A stretch of 60,846 bases of DNA from a virus (taxonomy: Duplodnaviria > Caudoviricetes), in the IMG/VR virus record IMGVR_UViG_3300020473_002126, positions 1 to 60,846 of that record; one strand, given 5' to 3'. This document shows, piece after piece, positions 8,103-18,760 of the stretch (positions within the stretch are counted from its first letter, which is position 1; every line of letters starts with the position of its first letter). The position numbers and the translations under genes are program-made. The notes beneath the pieces are model-generated. The model was not told the origin of the DNA. It searched no databases and saw nothing but the letters and a program-made list of their open reading frames with translations.

Positions 8103-8450
8103 ATGGGAAGGGCGAAGTTTAAGAAAAGAGACAGGAATAGGTTTAGAAAGACTTATCCGTACATGAGAACAAGACCTGTCATGGAGTACATGGCAGGAAA
8201 AGAAACCATCATGGAGACAGGAGCGGCAACATTTGCAGGAGATGTAAGTGTAGATTATAATTTCATCTCTTCTTTTCCTGTGCCGCCAACAATTAGTTTG
8301 ACACCTTACGATTCGGAAGGTCTCAACGCTGCCGGTGTAAATGTTTATATCGAGCATGTCACAACAGAAAAGTGTACAATAGCTGTCAGTGAAGGTTTTA
8401 CAGGGACAGTGCATATTCACGCGCTGTATATCAAGGCGGGGGCTTCTTAA
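8103..8450 (+). CDS. Small beta-rich probable tail-associated protein
   Basis: GGAG Shine-Dalgarno; basic N-terminus; resembles the next ORF (FxxxPxI...NxxxxxV...FTGxVH). Confidence 0.65.
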   Translation: MGRAKFKKRDRNRFRKTYPYMRTRPVMEYMAGKETIMETGAATFAGDVSVDYNFISSFPVPPTISLTPYDSEGLNAAGVNVYIEHVTTEKCTIAVSEGFTGTVHIHALYIKAGAS

Positions 8451-8704
8451 TGGGTGTCGCATTAGATTTAGAAATAAACAAAGTAGAATTTAACAAAAGC
8501 ACGGGAAGCTACATCAGCTTTGAAGAAGAGTTTGCAAAGTTTCCTTACATAACTGTCGTTGTAAGTGGAACAGCCCATACCCACAAATCTGGAAGTCAAA
8601 ATATTAACTCTTTTGTCAGCAATGTATCAAAGTCGGGCTTTAGTATTGAGTTTTCTGATGCTTTTACAGGATATGTACATTATAAAGCAGCACGTGCCGA
8701 ATAG
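8450..8704 (+). CDS. Small beta-rich probable tail-associated protein, paralogue-like to 8103..8450
   Basis: TAATG coupling; FAKFPYIT...NINSFVSNVSKSGFSIEFSDAFTGYVHY. Confidence 0.65.
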   Translation: MGVALDLEINKVEFNKSTGSYISFEEEFAKFPYITVVVSGTAHTHKSGSQNINSFVSNVSKSGFSIEFSDAFTGYVHYKAARAE

Positions 8705-8715
8705 GTGATTTAAAA

Positions 8716-11700
8716 ATGAGTAACCCTAAAGACTTTTTAGCTAAACAGATAAGAACTAACACTTTAATAGTGTCAGGTGGTAATTGGGCGATAGGATCAG
8801 ATGGATCATCCCCGGGACTGCTAATTTATTCTGCATCATTGGCCCCTGACTTTGTCGGTGGTAGGCCTGACAAACTGTTCTCAGGATCAGGCAATTTTGG
8901 AATGGTCCAGATTTATCAAACAGCAGCGAAGATTAATGGAGGTTTGGCTGTATCAAACACTCATGGTGGTAACGTTAGAATAGCTTTTGATCAAGAAATG
9001 GACATCAACCCGCACGTTGCAACCCAAAGGGTGACAAAAGCTCATGTTCTTTTGGGATCAGGCTCGAATGCAGTTCCATTTATAACATTTGTTTCCGGGT
9101 CTAGCTCGAGTCCAGGTGGTACAACCCAGAGAATGTTTTTACTTTCTCAGTCCATTGGTGGTACTCATCCTCACACCAGCTCCAACACTGCTGCTAACAA
9201 CCCATACAACATGTTGGATGTCAACTTTTGGGTGTCTGGATCTAAAGGTTCTAAGAGAAGCTCTGGAACTCCGGGTTCTCATGTACCCACGTACTGCGGT
9301 ACCGCTGTGTTCGGAGGTGACCTTGTAGTATCAGGAACACTTTATGCAGAAAGACAGGTAATTGAAGTTGACGTATCACAGTCTGGTTCGCTTTTTGTCT
9401 CAGGGTCAGCAGAAATTGGCGGTGGTCTTATCGTCAATGAGCACGGTGGTTCCGTTGCTACACAATGGAGAAATAGAGAATCAAACAACTTCCTCTATTT
9501 CAACCCAGCCGGTGATAGCAATAATGGAAGAATAGGTATTGGTAATAATGATTGGTCAGCTTCGACAGTCCCAGCTGCGCCTCTGCACATAGCTGAAGAA
9601 AATTCGGCGACCAACTCAGTTGTAGACCAACTATTCCTTCAAGTAAAATCATCAGGAACACCTGCAGCAGGGCTGGGGTCGAACACAACTTGGACTGTAG
9701 AAACTGTTGCTGGTAACCATATCATCGCCGGATTAGAAGTTATAACAACAGATGCTGGATCTGGAACTGAAGACGGGGCTATGGTCTTCAAGACAATGAC
9801 GGCCGGGCAAACAAGGACCGAGAAATTTAGGATCGGTGCTAATGAAACTGTTGTCAATGAAGGTAACATAAATCACGACTTCAGAGTAGAAGGAAATAGT
9901 GCATCTGCCACTAATCTATTTTTAGTAGATGCAAGCTTAGATAGGGTTATCGTTCAAGGAGCAACCGGAGATGATACAGAGTTATTTAAGGTAATCGGTA
10001 ACGATGATGCAGGAAGTGGTCAGGAGGCTGACTTTTTAACTATCTCCCCAACGAAAGTCGTTATAAATGAAGATGGTCAAACAGTCGACTTCAGGGTTGA
10101 AGGTAAAAATAGAGCTCACGCGTTATTCGTAAATTCTCAAGTAGCCTCAGGGTTTGATCAAGTCTTAATCCTTTCAGGTGGAGGAAGCGGCGGATCGACT
10201 GATAATGATGACGCTGCAGGTACTGACGTTGCTTTTTACGTGTCAGGATCAACTTCATTTGGAGGAGGCGCAGGTCGAACCGAACCCGGCACTTACGGTA
10301 TTAGTTTATTCGGTGGCGATCTCCACTCGTCAGGAAATATCACGGCAGACGGCCGAGTCGGACCATGGGTTGATGGTGGGACATTTGTTTATCCTTACGG
10401 TACTGAACACCTGGTATTAGGTGCCACAACGATCGCAGCATCAGATATCATTCTATCAGCTACAGGATCTGCGACATTCAACAATCAGTCTTCAGCTAAC
10501 GGTGACTTTAGAATCAAGAGTCAGACAGACGAATCTATGGTGTTTGTCGACGCAAGTGGTGATGTAGTAGGTATAGGGACTGACGCACCAAATGGAAGTG
10601 CGCAGCTTCACGTCGGTAACTCAGGAGCTTCTTCACTTGCTTCAACAGTGCTTTATCTTGAAAATGAAAGTGCTAGCTCTGCAGATGTCAAAATCTGGTT
10701 CGGTAAAAATGCAACAGTAAAGCATGCGATAGGTTTGGATGATGATGATAGTGATAAGCTCAAAATCGTCTTGGGCGGCCTTCTCGGAGCTTCAAATAAA
10801 ACACTGATGGATTTTCCGTCAGCATTCGGTAATGCAATAGTAGTTAACGAAAGTGGCCAAGATTTAGACTTTAGAATTGAAAGTGAAAATGATGCCAATC
10901 TTTTCGTTGTTGACGCGTCGACTGATTCTATTGGAATCAATGTGGCTGCTGGTTCTCATGGGGCAAGACTGGATATACTAGCAAATGATGCAGGTGAAAA
11001 GGGTTTGTTGGTTACTTCAAATCCTGGGTCTGGTCTCCAAGGTGGCGATGTTGCTAAATTTGTTAGCGGATCTTCAGAGGTATTTTCAATCGGTGGTAGC
11101 GACGGTGACGTTGTTGTTAATGAAGCTGGCGCAGATAGAGACTTCCGAGTCGAGACGAGCGGAGATGACAAAGCGTTTGTAGTTGATGGTGGTACAAATA
11201 CTGTTGTTGTTAACGAAGATGGAGATGGTGCAGACTTCAGGGTTGAAACAGCTGCAGAAGACGAAGCCCTTTTCATAGACGCTTCAGCAAATACCATTTA
11301 CATTAATAAGGGTGAGGAAGCAGTAACTACAATCATAGGTAGTACAAATGATGAAGCAATCAGAATTGGTGCTGCTGGCGTTATTTTCAATGAAGATGGC
11401 CATGGAACCAATGACTTTAGAGTTGAGTCAAATAATAAACCAAATGCACTGTGGGTAGATTCTGGGCGTGATTATGTAGCGATCCTCACAGGCTCGGGAC
11501 CGGTTATAGACAACGGTAAGGCCGGAACAGATGTTTGTTTCTTTGTATCAGGATCTAATGATAAGGATACAGCGGTACGAGGTGTCTCAGTATTCGGTGG
11601 TGACGTAGTTGTCTCTGGTACTCTTTATGATGGTAGTGGAAACGCAGTAACCAAAAACTACGGAAAAATGGCAGTACTCGATACTGGTGGTAGTACAGAG

Positions 11701-12357
11701 GGCACTGCTGAAGCTGGTAGCGTAGGTGATACATTCAAGCTAAAAGAAGGAACAGGTATTGGGTTGTCTATCAATACAGGCACCGATACAGTTACAATAT
11801 CAGCAAATATTGGAACGGCTTCCCCAGCGTTTACAGATAGAGGGTTCCAAACAGGACATGTTGAAAAACATCGCGGTACATCAATTATTTGTACAAGCTC
11901 AATTGCTTTTGTAAGTGGTAATCACATTGGTGGTGTATCTCCAGTGGCTTACGATGCTTCTAATGTAGGAACCGATACTTTCTTCTTTGTCTCTGGTTCT
12001 ATTGGTGGCAAGGCAGCTTCAGCAGCTAATAGACATGGTGTGGCCACATTTGGTGGTGATGCAGTAATAAGCGGAACCTTCTACACAGGTGGAAATACTG
12101 TTCTTGGAGATGCAACTTCTGACTCTGTCACCTTTAATGGAAGAGTTGGTTCACACATACTTCCATCTGCTGATAGTACATATAACTTAGGAAGCAATTC
12201 GCTAAGATTTGCCAACGTTTATACTGGAGACCTTCATTTGAGGAATGATAGAGGTAACTGGACTATTTACGAAGAACCGGACATGTTGGTTGTTGTTAAT
12301 AACTTAACAGGAAAGAAATATAAGATGGGACTTACCCCGCTAGAGGATGATGAATAA
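8716..12357 (+). CDS. Long tail fibre protein with internal repeats
   Basis: Gly/Ser/Thr/Asp rich; repeated VVNExGxxxDFRVE and FxVSGS...FGGDxVxSG units; C-terminal LGSNSLRFANVYTGDLHL...GNWTIYE...TGKKYK domain recalled from marine myovirus fibres. Confidence 0.85.
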   Translation: MSNPKDFLAKQIRTNTLIVSGGNWAIGSDGSSPGLLIYSASLAPDFVGGRPDKLFSGSGNFGMVQIYQTAAKINGGLAVSNTHGGNVRIAFDQEMDINPHVATQRVTKAHVLLGSGSNAVPFITFVSGSSSSPGGTTQRMFLLSQSIGGTHPHTSSNTAANNPYNMLDVNFWVSGSKGSKRSSGTPGSHVPTYCGTAVFGGDLVVSGTLYAERQVIEVDVSQSGSLFVSGSAEIGGGLIVNEHGGSVATQWRNRESNNFLYFNPAGDSNNGRIGIGNNDWSASTVPAAPLHIAEENSATNSVVDQLFLQVKSSGTPAAGLGSNTTWTVETVAGNHIIAGLEVITTDAGSGTEDGAMVFKTMTAGQTRTEKFRIGANETVVNEGNINHDFRVEGNSASATNLFLVDASLDRVIVQGATGDDTELFKVIGNDDAGSGQEADFLTISPTKVVINEDGQTVDFRVEGKNRAHALFVNSQVASGFDQVLILSGGGSGGSTDNDDAAGTDVAFYVSGSTSFGGGAGRTEPGTYGISLFGGDLHSSGNITADGRVGPWVDGGTFVYPYGTEHLVLGATTIAASDIILSATGSATFNNQSSANGDFRIKSQTDESMVFVDASGDVVGIGTDAPNGSAQLHVGNSGASSLASTVLYLENESASSADVKIWFGKNATVKHAIGLDDDDSDKLKIVLGGLLGASNKTLMDFPSAFGNAIVVNESGQDLDFRIESENDANLFVVDASTDSIGINVAAGSHGARLDILANDAGEKGLLVTSNPGSGLQGGDVAKFVSGSSEVFSIGGSDGDVVVNEAGADRDFRVETSGDDKAFVVDGGTNTVVVNEDGDGADFRVETAAEDEALFIDASANTIYINKGEEAVTTIIGSTNDEAIRIGAAGVIFNEDGHGTNDFRVESNNKPNALWVDSGRDYVAILTGSGPVIDNGKAGTDVCFFVSGSNDKDTAVRGVSVFGGDVVVSGTLYDGSGNAVTKNYGKMAVLDTGGSTEGTAEAGSVGDTFKLKEGTGIGLSINTGTDTVTISANIGTASPAFTDRGFQTGHVEKHRGTSIICTSSIAFVSGNHIGGVSPVAYDASNVGTDTFFFVSGSIGGKAASAANRHGVATFGGDAVISGTFYTGGNTVLGDATSDSVTFNGRVGSHILPSADSTYNLGSNSLRFANVYTGDLHLRNDRGNWTIYEEPDMLVVVNNLTGKKYKMGLTPLEDDE

Positions 12358-15300
12358 TGGCTTTTATAGGATCACTAACTGTAACAGGATCTTCCACCAG
12401 CACTGTAAAGAAAGGTGAAGCTAGGTGGATCGCAGCAGGTAATGCAGGTTCGACCGGTAGTATAGGGCTCGTATTGCAGTCAGGAGACTACGGTAACGCT
12501 CAAGAAAGAGATGCTAGTGGAAGTATCGTTTTTGTAAGTAAAAACGGGGGATCTACTAATAGGGCAGGTGTTATAACTTCTCAACCCTACATAAATCAAG
12601 ATCTTATTTTTAGTAGCTCACAGTCACACTCAGACATTAGATTTACTGTAAATGATAATGGGTCAATGGTCAACCTCATGACTATCACTGCCGGTAGAGG
12701 TTCAGGCGGAATTACAGCTCATCGAAAACCTAAAGTTTATATCTCTGATACTGCGGGCGGGTACGATAGAACAGGAGGTAGTGCAGGAACGGGAGGCTCA
12801 TTTAAATACAGGTCCCAAGGCCTTTTGTCTGTTGTTACAGAAACTAATGTTCCTGCAGTTCAAATAATACATACTGGTACATCCACTGAGCCGGCGCTAG
12901 AAATCAGGAAGAAGCACAGTGGAGCTAATCAATATAGCTCACTATTTCAAGTAAAACATTCAGAAACCGTAGTTAATGAGACAGGTGATGCTTATAACTT
13001 CAGAATAGAATCAGATAATCAAGTTAACATGTTGTTAGTCGATGGGACTAATAATAGAGTCGGTATTGCAAACAATGCGCCGATGGCTTCATTAGACGTC
13101 AACGACGCAGGTGGAACATACTGCGTAGTCTTGAGAAACAACGATAGTGCAGGTCCTGCTGCGGGTTTTTCTGCTATTTCTATAGGAAGTACTGGACAAA
13201 CGGTGTTCACTGGATCAAGCGGTGTATATAAGTTTAAGGGTGGTGGCGCCAATGGCGAGGGCGACACAAAATTTCACATTATCGCAAAATCTACTGCAAA
13301 CACTCCAGGTGACGCGCAACTATGGTTCTCTGATGAAAACGACGCTGGTACAAAGACTGACAGAGTCTATGTGGGTTACGATAAAGGTGATGATCGCTTC
13401 GTGGCCGGAAAGAGTTCTACTTGGGGAGCTAATGAGTACATAGGGTTTAACGATTCTGAAGTTGTAATTAACGACGACAGTACAAGCGTTGATTTTAGAG
13501 TTGAGTCAAACAATCTTACTCACTTCTTGTTTTGTGATAACTCCACCAACAGGGTGGGTATAGCCACTTCCGCGCCGATGAATTCACTGCAAATCAATCA
13601 TGGTAATGCAGATGGCGGCGATGGCGCCATGATAGTCAGGGCTGACGTGACGACTGGGGAAGACGATTGGTTAGGGGGGATTGGTTTTGACTCACTTGAT
13701 GGCAATGTCCCTAGCTCTGTTAGAGAAGCCTCTGTATACATCGGCGCACGTGCTGCTGAAGCCCAGGGTGAAGGAGACAAGGGAGGTTACCTAGTCATAG
13801 GAACCTCAGCAATTGACGAAAATGACGATACAACTTCTACAGAGAGATTGAGAGTCGGGCCTGACGGTCTTGTCCAGGTTTCAGGTAGTTTAAGAATTCG
13901 AGATAGTTTGATTGTTGGAGACAACATTATTCGTGCATCTGACGGTGGTGCTACTATCACAATGGATACTAGTGATAATGTGACACTTGCCGGGAATTTG
14001 ACAATACCGCAATACATTTATCACGCTGCAGACACAGACACATATCGACAATTCGGCGTTAATACGCAGGTTTTTGTTGTAGGAGGGGCAGAGAGGCTTA
14101 GACTCAATTCAGACGGTACATCAATAGGTACTGTCACACCTGTTTCCAATCGAGAACTCGCAGTAGGTAGTACAAGTGGCGGCCGCGTTTCTCTCAGAGA
14201 CACAGGAGCCGCCTCAGAAACTAATTGTCTAAGCTATATTGATTTCTGGCAAGGGCAAAGTACAAAGCTACTTGGCTGGGTGGGTCATGCAGACACTGGG
14301 AACCAGCACCTGCAGATTTACAACAAGTCATCTTCTGGAAATCTCTACATGTCGTCATCCAATGATATCACGCTTGACCCCGATAACGGATTTATTCGAT
14401 ATAGGCGGAACGGGTACTGGGGTGGCGGGTTCAAGTCCGACGATCCGAGCACTACAGTAGCTAACAATGGGTTCATCGCTAGATATATCGGGTATACCGG
14501 GTATAACGGTGATACATACATCAACCTAGCAGGGGCGTCAGTTGGTGTCGGCACATCTCCCTATAATGGGAAATACATGCTAGCATCTCACTCGTTCGTT
14601 CATAGCGGCACCACGTATAGAGGAACGGATGGAGCCACAACTCCCACAAACACCTCCTACACCGGCTACAATCCACTCACCAGCACCAATCACGCAGGGA
14701 GCCCGTCGAGCACTTCACCAAGTGACAATACACACTTGGTGACGCCACTCTCTGCGAGATCGGTGCTGCTAAACAAGGGTAGCTCAGTAAAAGTCGACTT
14801 TCAGAATTCTGTAGCATTCCACGGATCTGACGATGAGTTTTACATATATTTTCAGTATATGATCTGGTCGAACAACGAGGAACCCAACGACGAGGCTTAT
14901 TTTTACTTCCTGAACTCCAGTGGCACTCACCTGACTGTCGATGGTACCTGGTATCTTGAAGTTGATAACGGATCCGGTGGATGGACTCAAATAATGTCCG
15001 ACGATGACACTACTTTTCTCTCTATCGACACCACGTTAGACAACTATAATGATTCAAAGTGGCGCTGGTATAGAATCAGGGGGACAAACGCTGCCGATAT
15101 TAATGCCCTTTGCGGAATGGAGTTTAAAAACTTCAACAACGTCTCCGGCGAGTACCAGCAGGTCGCCAATGTTACGATTAGATCATTGACAAATGATCGA
15201 AAATGGTATACAGTCCTGAGAGGCGCGCTCGGCAATGATGGCTACAGTCAAGGTGATAATTTTGGAAATGGCGGCCGAGACGGGGATGCTCTGATAGGTG

Positions 15301-15905
15301 ATGGAAATCAGTCTGCAGCTATTGATAATTCTACTGACTGGCTGATATACATTCCTAGAAATGGAAGGGCTCGTTTTACGCACAATTATTGGAATGGCTC
15401 CGCCGGGTCCGGTGCCGCTGGCTACACAACTTCATGGCTGACAATATGGAGAAAGGCAGACATATACGCTAATATAGGAATATACGATTCTACTCCTGAT
15501 TATCGTCTAGACGTTAACGGTGATATTAATACGAATGGTCAGCTTAGAGAGAGTGGAAGTACTAGTACATCTGATGAAAGATTAAAAGAAAATGTTGTTG
15601 ACATGGATCCTGTCCTTGACCAGGTTTTACAAATAAAACCTAGAAGATTTGACTGGAAAGAAGATGCCCGCGGGGGAAGACTAGCTCGTGAAGAGTATCG
15701 AACAGGAGACATGGGGTTTATTGCTCAAGAACTCGAAACAGTATTTCCTGAATATGGGCTTAATTTAGTAGACGTGGGTGATGATAAAGAAAAGACAAAA
15801 GGTGTAGCTTACGGAAAAATGGTAACTATACTTACAAAAGCTATTCAAGAATTAAATCAAAAAGTTGTAGATTTGCAAGCTGAAGTTGACAGCTTAAAGC
15901 AGTAG
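12357..15905 (+). CDS. Tail fibre protein with C-terminal peptidase S74 intramolecular chaperone
   Basis: NRVGIA...P...LDV fibre repeats; TSDERLKENV...FDWK...GFIAQELETVFPE...YGKMVTILTKAIQEL and terminal coiled coil. Confidence 0.9.
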   Translation: MAFIGSLTVTGSSTSTVKKGEARWIAAGNAGSTGSIGLVLQSGDYGNAQERDASGSIVFVSKNGGSTNRAGVITSQPYINQDLIFSSSQSHSDIRFTVNDNGSMVNLMTITAGRGSGGITAHRKPKVYISDTAGGYDRTGGSAGTGGSFKYRSQGLLSVVTETNVPAVQIIHTGTSTEPALEIRKKHSGANQYSSLFQVKHSETVVNETGDAYNFRIESDNQVNMLLVDGTNNRVGIANNAPMASLDVNDAGGTYCVVLRNNDSAGPAAGFSAISIGSTGQTVFTGSSGVYKFKGGGANGEGDTKFHIIAKSTANTPGDAQLWFSDENDAGTKTDRVYVGYDKGDDRFVAGKSSTWGANEYIGFNDSEVVINDDSTSVDFRVESNNLTHFLFCDNSTNRVGIATSAPMNSLQINHGNADGGDGAMIVRADVTTGEDDWLGGIGFDSLDGNVPSSVREASVYIGARAAEAQGEGDKGGYLVIGTSAIDENDDTTSTERLRVGPDGLVQVSGSLRIRDSLIVGDNIIRASDGGATITMDTSDNVTLAGNLTIPQYIYHAADTDTYRQFGVNTQVFVVGGAERLRLNSDGTSIGTVTPVSNRELAVGSTSGGRVSLRDTGAASETNCLSYIDFWQGQSTKLLGWVGHADTGNQHLQIYNKSSSGNLYMSSSNDITLDPDNGFIRYRRNGYWGGGFKSDDPSTTVANNGFIARYIGYTGYNGDTYINLAGASVGVGTSPYNGKYMLASHSFVHSGTTYRGTDGATTPTNTSYTGYNPLTSTNHAGSPSSTSPSDNTHLVTPLSARSVLLNKGSSVKVDFQNSVAFHGSDDEFYIYFQYMIWSNNEEPNDEAYFYFLNSSGTHLTVDGTWYLEVDNGSGGWTQIMSDDDTTFLSIDTTLDNYNDSKWRWYRIRGTNAADINALCGMEFKNFNNVSGEYQQVANVTIRSLTNDRKWYTVLRGALGNDGYSQGDNFGNGGRDGDALIGDGNQSAAIDNSTDWLIYIPRNGRARFTHNYWNGSAGSGAAGYTTSWLTIWRKADIYANIGIYDSTPDYRLDVNGDINTNGQLRESGSTSTSDERLKENVVDMDPVLDQVLQIKPRRFDWKEDARGGRLAREEYRTGDMGFIAQELETVFPEYGLNLVDVGDDKEKTKGVAYGKMVTILTKAIQELNQKVVDLQAEVDSLKQ

Positions 15906-16136
15906 TTTTTCACAATTATCCAAATTTAAATTTTCTGAGAGAGATGTTAACATATTAGACTCATCTCTCAAAATGTAAAAATTAATTTAAACAAAACTCA
16001 AATTTAGTTTTAGATTATCTCTAAGAGAGAGACAATAGAGAGATACTAACTATCTTAGATAGAGTATAATATATTATAATATTCTTCTAGAGAACTGTAC
16101 TCTAGAATCTGAATAACTTTAAAGAGAGATTTTAAT
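15906..16136. repeat. AT-rich spacer with a series of palindromes and inverted repeats (candidate origin or regulatory hub)
   Basis: AAATTTAAATTT 15922, GAGAGATG 15939/CATCTCTC 15962, ATGTTAACAT 15944, AAAACT 15993/AGTTTT 16006, TCTCT/AGAGA 16018-16030, CTATCT/AGATAG 16050-16062, TATAATATATTATA 16065, TTCTAGAG 16085/CTCTAGAA 16100, CTTTAAAG 16117. Confidence 0.7.
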
Positions 16137-18059
16137 ATGCTAGTTAGACCTAATGAGCAGGGACAGATTGATACTAATCAAGTAGACATAGTTTTTGTCT
16201 CAGACATGTTTGTTGAAGATTATGTGGGAGGAGCTGAGCTCACAACTGAAGCTTTGATTGAATCCTGCCCTATGAGAGTTTTAAAACTCAGGTCACAATT
16301 TGTCGATGTCAACACACTTCAGGGTCTGTCAAATGCGTACTGGATATTTGGAAACTTTTCTCAGTTAAATACTGAGATGATTCCATCAATTGTAGCAAAT
16401 CTAAAATACTCAGTTTTGGAGTATGACTACAAATATTGCAAGTATCGATCACCAGAAAAACATCAATCTATCGAAGATAAAGAGTGTGATTGTCATCATT
16501 CTATGCATGGAAAAATGATATCAGCATTTTATTACGGAGCTACAACACTCTGGTGGATGTCTGAGGCGCAGGAAGAGAAATATCACTCCATGTTCCCGTT
16601 CCTCAGAGAAAAGAACAATGTTGTTCTCTCATCAGTTTTTGATGACAAGTTTTTCTTAGATGTAAAGCTATTAAATGACCTCAACAAGGACAAAGAAAGA
16701 AAAGGGTGGATTGTTTTAGGTTCTAACTCCTGGATCAAGGGTGCACAAGATGCTGAAGACTGGTGTAAGGAGCAGGGTCATGAATATGAAGTAGTATGGG
16801 ACCTACCCTATCAGACTGTCCTTAAAAAGCTAGCAACTGCTGAAGGTTTTGTTTATCTTCCAAAGGGAGGCGACACATGTCCTCGCATGGTAATCGAAGC
16901 AAAACTACTGGGTTGTAAATTGCACCTTAATGACAATGTTCAGCATGCAAAAGAGATTTGGTTTGATACCGAAGATGAATTTGACACTCTTGCATGGCTT
17001 TTTGCAGCTCGTGAAAGATTCTGGAATGGAATTAAGTTTGATATGACATACCAACCTCCAATTTCAGGCTACACTACCACCAAGGATTGTATTGAGCAGG
17101 ATTATCCGTTTGAAGCTTCTATTAAGTCACTTTTAGGCTTCTGTGATGAGGTTGTCGTCGTCGATGGAGGTTCAACAGATGGAACATGGGAAAGACTTCA
17201 AGAACTAGCAGAAAGCAATGAAAATCTCGTAGTACATCAACAAGTTAGAGATTGGGATTCAAAAAGATTCGCTGTTTTTGATGGAGCACAAAAAGCGTTA
17301 GCAAGATCAATGTGTACTAAGAAGTTTTGTTGGCAGCAAGATTCTGATGAAGTTGTCCATGAACAGGACTATGGAAAAATTATCGACTTGGTAAGAAACT
17401 TTCCAGCTGGCGTCGAACTTCTTGCGCTTCCTGTGGTGGAGTACTGGGGTGGACCTGAAAAAGTCAGAATGGATATAAACCCATGGAAATGGCGCCTTTC
17501 CAGAAACTTACCCCACATTACACACGGGATCCCTGATGATTTAAGAAAGTTTGATGAGGACGGAAATCTTTATTCACTGCCGGGCTCAGATGGATGCGAC
17601 TACGTAAGATCCGACAACTATTCTAGAATACCATTTGCAAACTTTATGACACAAGATGTTGATAATGCAAGAATACAAGGTATTACAGATGAGGAAATTC
17701 GTGGTCAGTACGAAGTCTGGTTTAATAGAGTTTTAGATCAGATACCTGGTGTTCAACATTACTCCTGGTTTAATATTGAAAGAAAAATCAAGACTTATAA
17801 AAATTACTGGTCAAAGCACTGGCAAAGTCTTTACGACATAGTTCAAGATGACACTCCTGAAAACAACATGTTTTTTAACAAGTCGTGGGGAGATGTCACA
17901 GATAAAGAAGTTTCTTCACTGGCTAAAAAGCTAAGTGACGAGATGGGCGGGTGGATATTTCATAGCAAGGTCGACTTTGATAAGCCTACACCACATTTAA
18001 GAGTAGATAGAAATCATCCCGCTGTCGTCGCCGAATGGGTGGAGAAAAATGACAAATGA
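16137..18059 (+). CDS. Two-domain glycosyltransferase (GT-B-like N-terminus, GT2 C-terminus)
   Basis: GGAEL, KG and DTCPRMVIEAKLLGC GT-B pattern; CDEVVVVDGGSTDGT and DSDE GT2 motifs. Confidence 0.9.
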   Translation: MLVRPNEQGQIDTNQVDIVFVSDMFVEDYVGGAELTTEALIESCPMRVLKLRSQFVDVNTLQGLSNAYWIFGNFSQLNTEMIPSIVANLKYSVLEYDYKYCKYRSPEKHQSIEDKECDCHHSMHGKMISAFYYGATTLWWMSEAQEEKYHSMFPFLREKNNVVLSSVFDDKFFLDVKLLNDLNKDKERKGWIVLGSNSWIKGAQDAEDWCKEQGHEYEVVWDLPYQTVLKKLATAEGFVYLPKGGDTCPRMVIEAKLLGCKLHLNDNVQHAKEIWFDTEDEFDTLAWLFAARERFWNGIKFDMTYQPPISGYTTTKDCIEQDYPFEASIKSLLGFCDEVVVVDGGSTDGTWERLQELAESNENLVVHQQVRDWDSKRFAVFDGAQKALARSMCTKKFCWQQDSDEVVHEQDYGKIIDLVRNFPAGVELLALPVVEYWGGPEKVRMDINPWKWRLSRNLPHITHGIPDDLRKFDEDGNLYSLPGSDGCDYVRSDNYSRIPFANFMTQDVDNARIQGITDEEIRGQYEVWFNRVLDQIPGVQHYSWFNIERKIKTYKNYWSKHWQSLYDIVQDDTPENNMFFNKSWGDVTDKEVSSLAKKLSDEMGGWIFHSKVDFDKPTPHLRVDRNHPAVVAEWVEKNDK

Positions 18060-18760
18060 AATTAGTTTTCGTATCGCCCTGCTATAATGCTTCAAATAAC
18101 TTAGAAAATTTAATTAACTCTGTTAAGCAGCAAAACGACGATCGCTGGGAGCATGTATTGATTGACGACATATCTTCAGATAATACGTGGACTCGATTAA
18201 ATGACTTAGTTGGGAATGACGAAAGATTTAAAATTATAAAAAATGAAGAAAAGAAATACGCTTTAAAAAATATTATAGAAGCTTCTAGAGATTATGAAAA
18301 CGAAGAAGATGTAATAATAGGCACTATTGACGGCGATGATGCTCTGTGCAATGACAAGACTGTACAGTTAGTGTTATCGGAATATGAGAAAGGAGCAGAC
18401 GTCGTTTGGACCGGGCACCGGTGGGATATTAATAGTCTAAACATATCAAAGTCAATGCCAGAAAATGTAAATCCATATCAATGGCCATGGTGTACATCTC
18501 ACTTTAGAACATTTAGATCAGATTTATTAAAGTCCATCGATGATAAAAATTTTAAAGACTCGAGTGGTAATTGGTTTGAAAGAGGTTATGATCAAGCACT
18601 AATGTTGCCACTTCTTAGTCTAACCAATAAAAGAAAATACATAGATAAAATATGCTATCTTTATAACATAGATTCTGTCTCAGTCAATGATAGAGACTGG
18701 GCAGAAATGAAACAGATAGCAACAATAAATCTTGTCAGAGCTAGAGGGTTTTTGTCATGA
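18056..18760 (+). CDS. Glycosyltransferase family 2
   Basis: PCYNA, LIDDISSDNT, IDGDDAL. Confidence 0.92.
   Translation: MKLVFVSPCYNASNNLENLINSVKQQNDDRWEHVLIDDISSDNTWTRLNDLVGNDERFKIIKNEEKKYALKNIIEASRDYENEEDVIIGTIDGDDALCNDKTVQLVLSEYEKGADVVWTGHRWDINSLNISKSMPENVNPYQWPWCTSHFRTFRSDLLKSIDDKNFKDSSGNWFERGYDQALMLPLLSLTNKRKYIDKICYLYNIDSVSVNDRDWAEMKQIATINLVRARGFLS

Noticed and set aside
8716-15905. Diversity-generating retroelement or invertible fibre cassette
   Set aside because: No reverse transcriptase or invertase, and no near-identical DNA repeat pair noticed; repeats are at the protein level only
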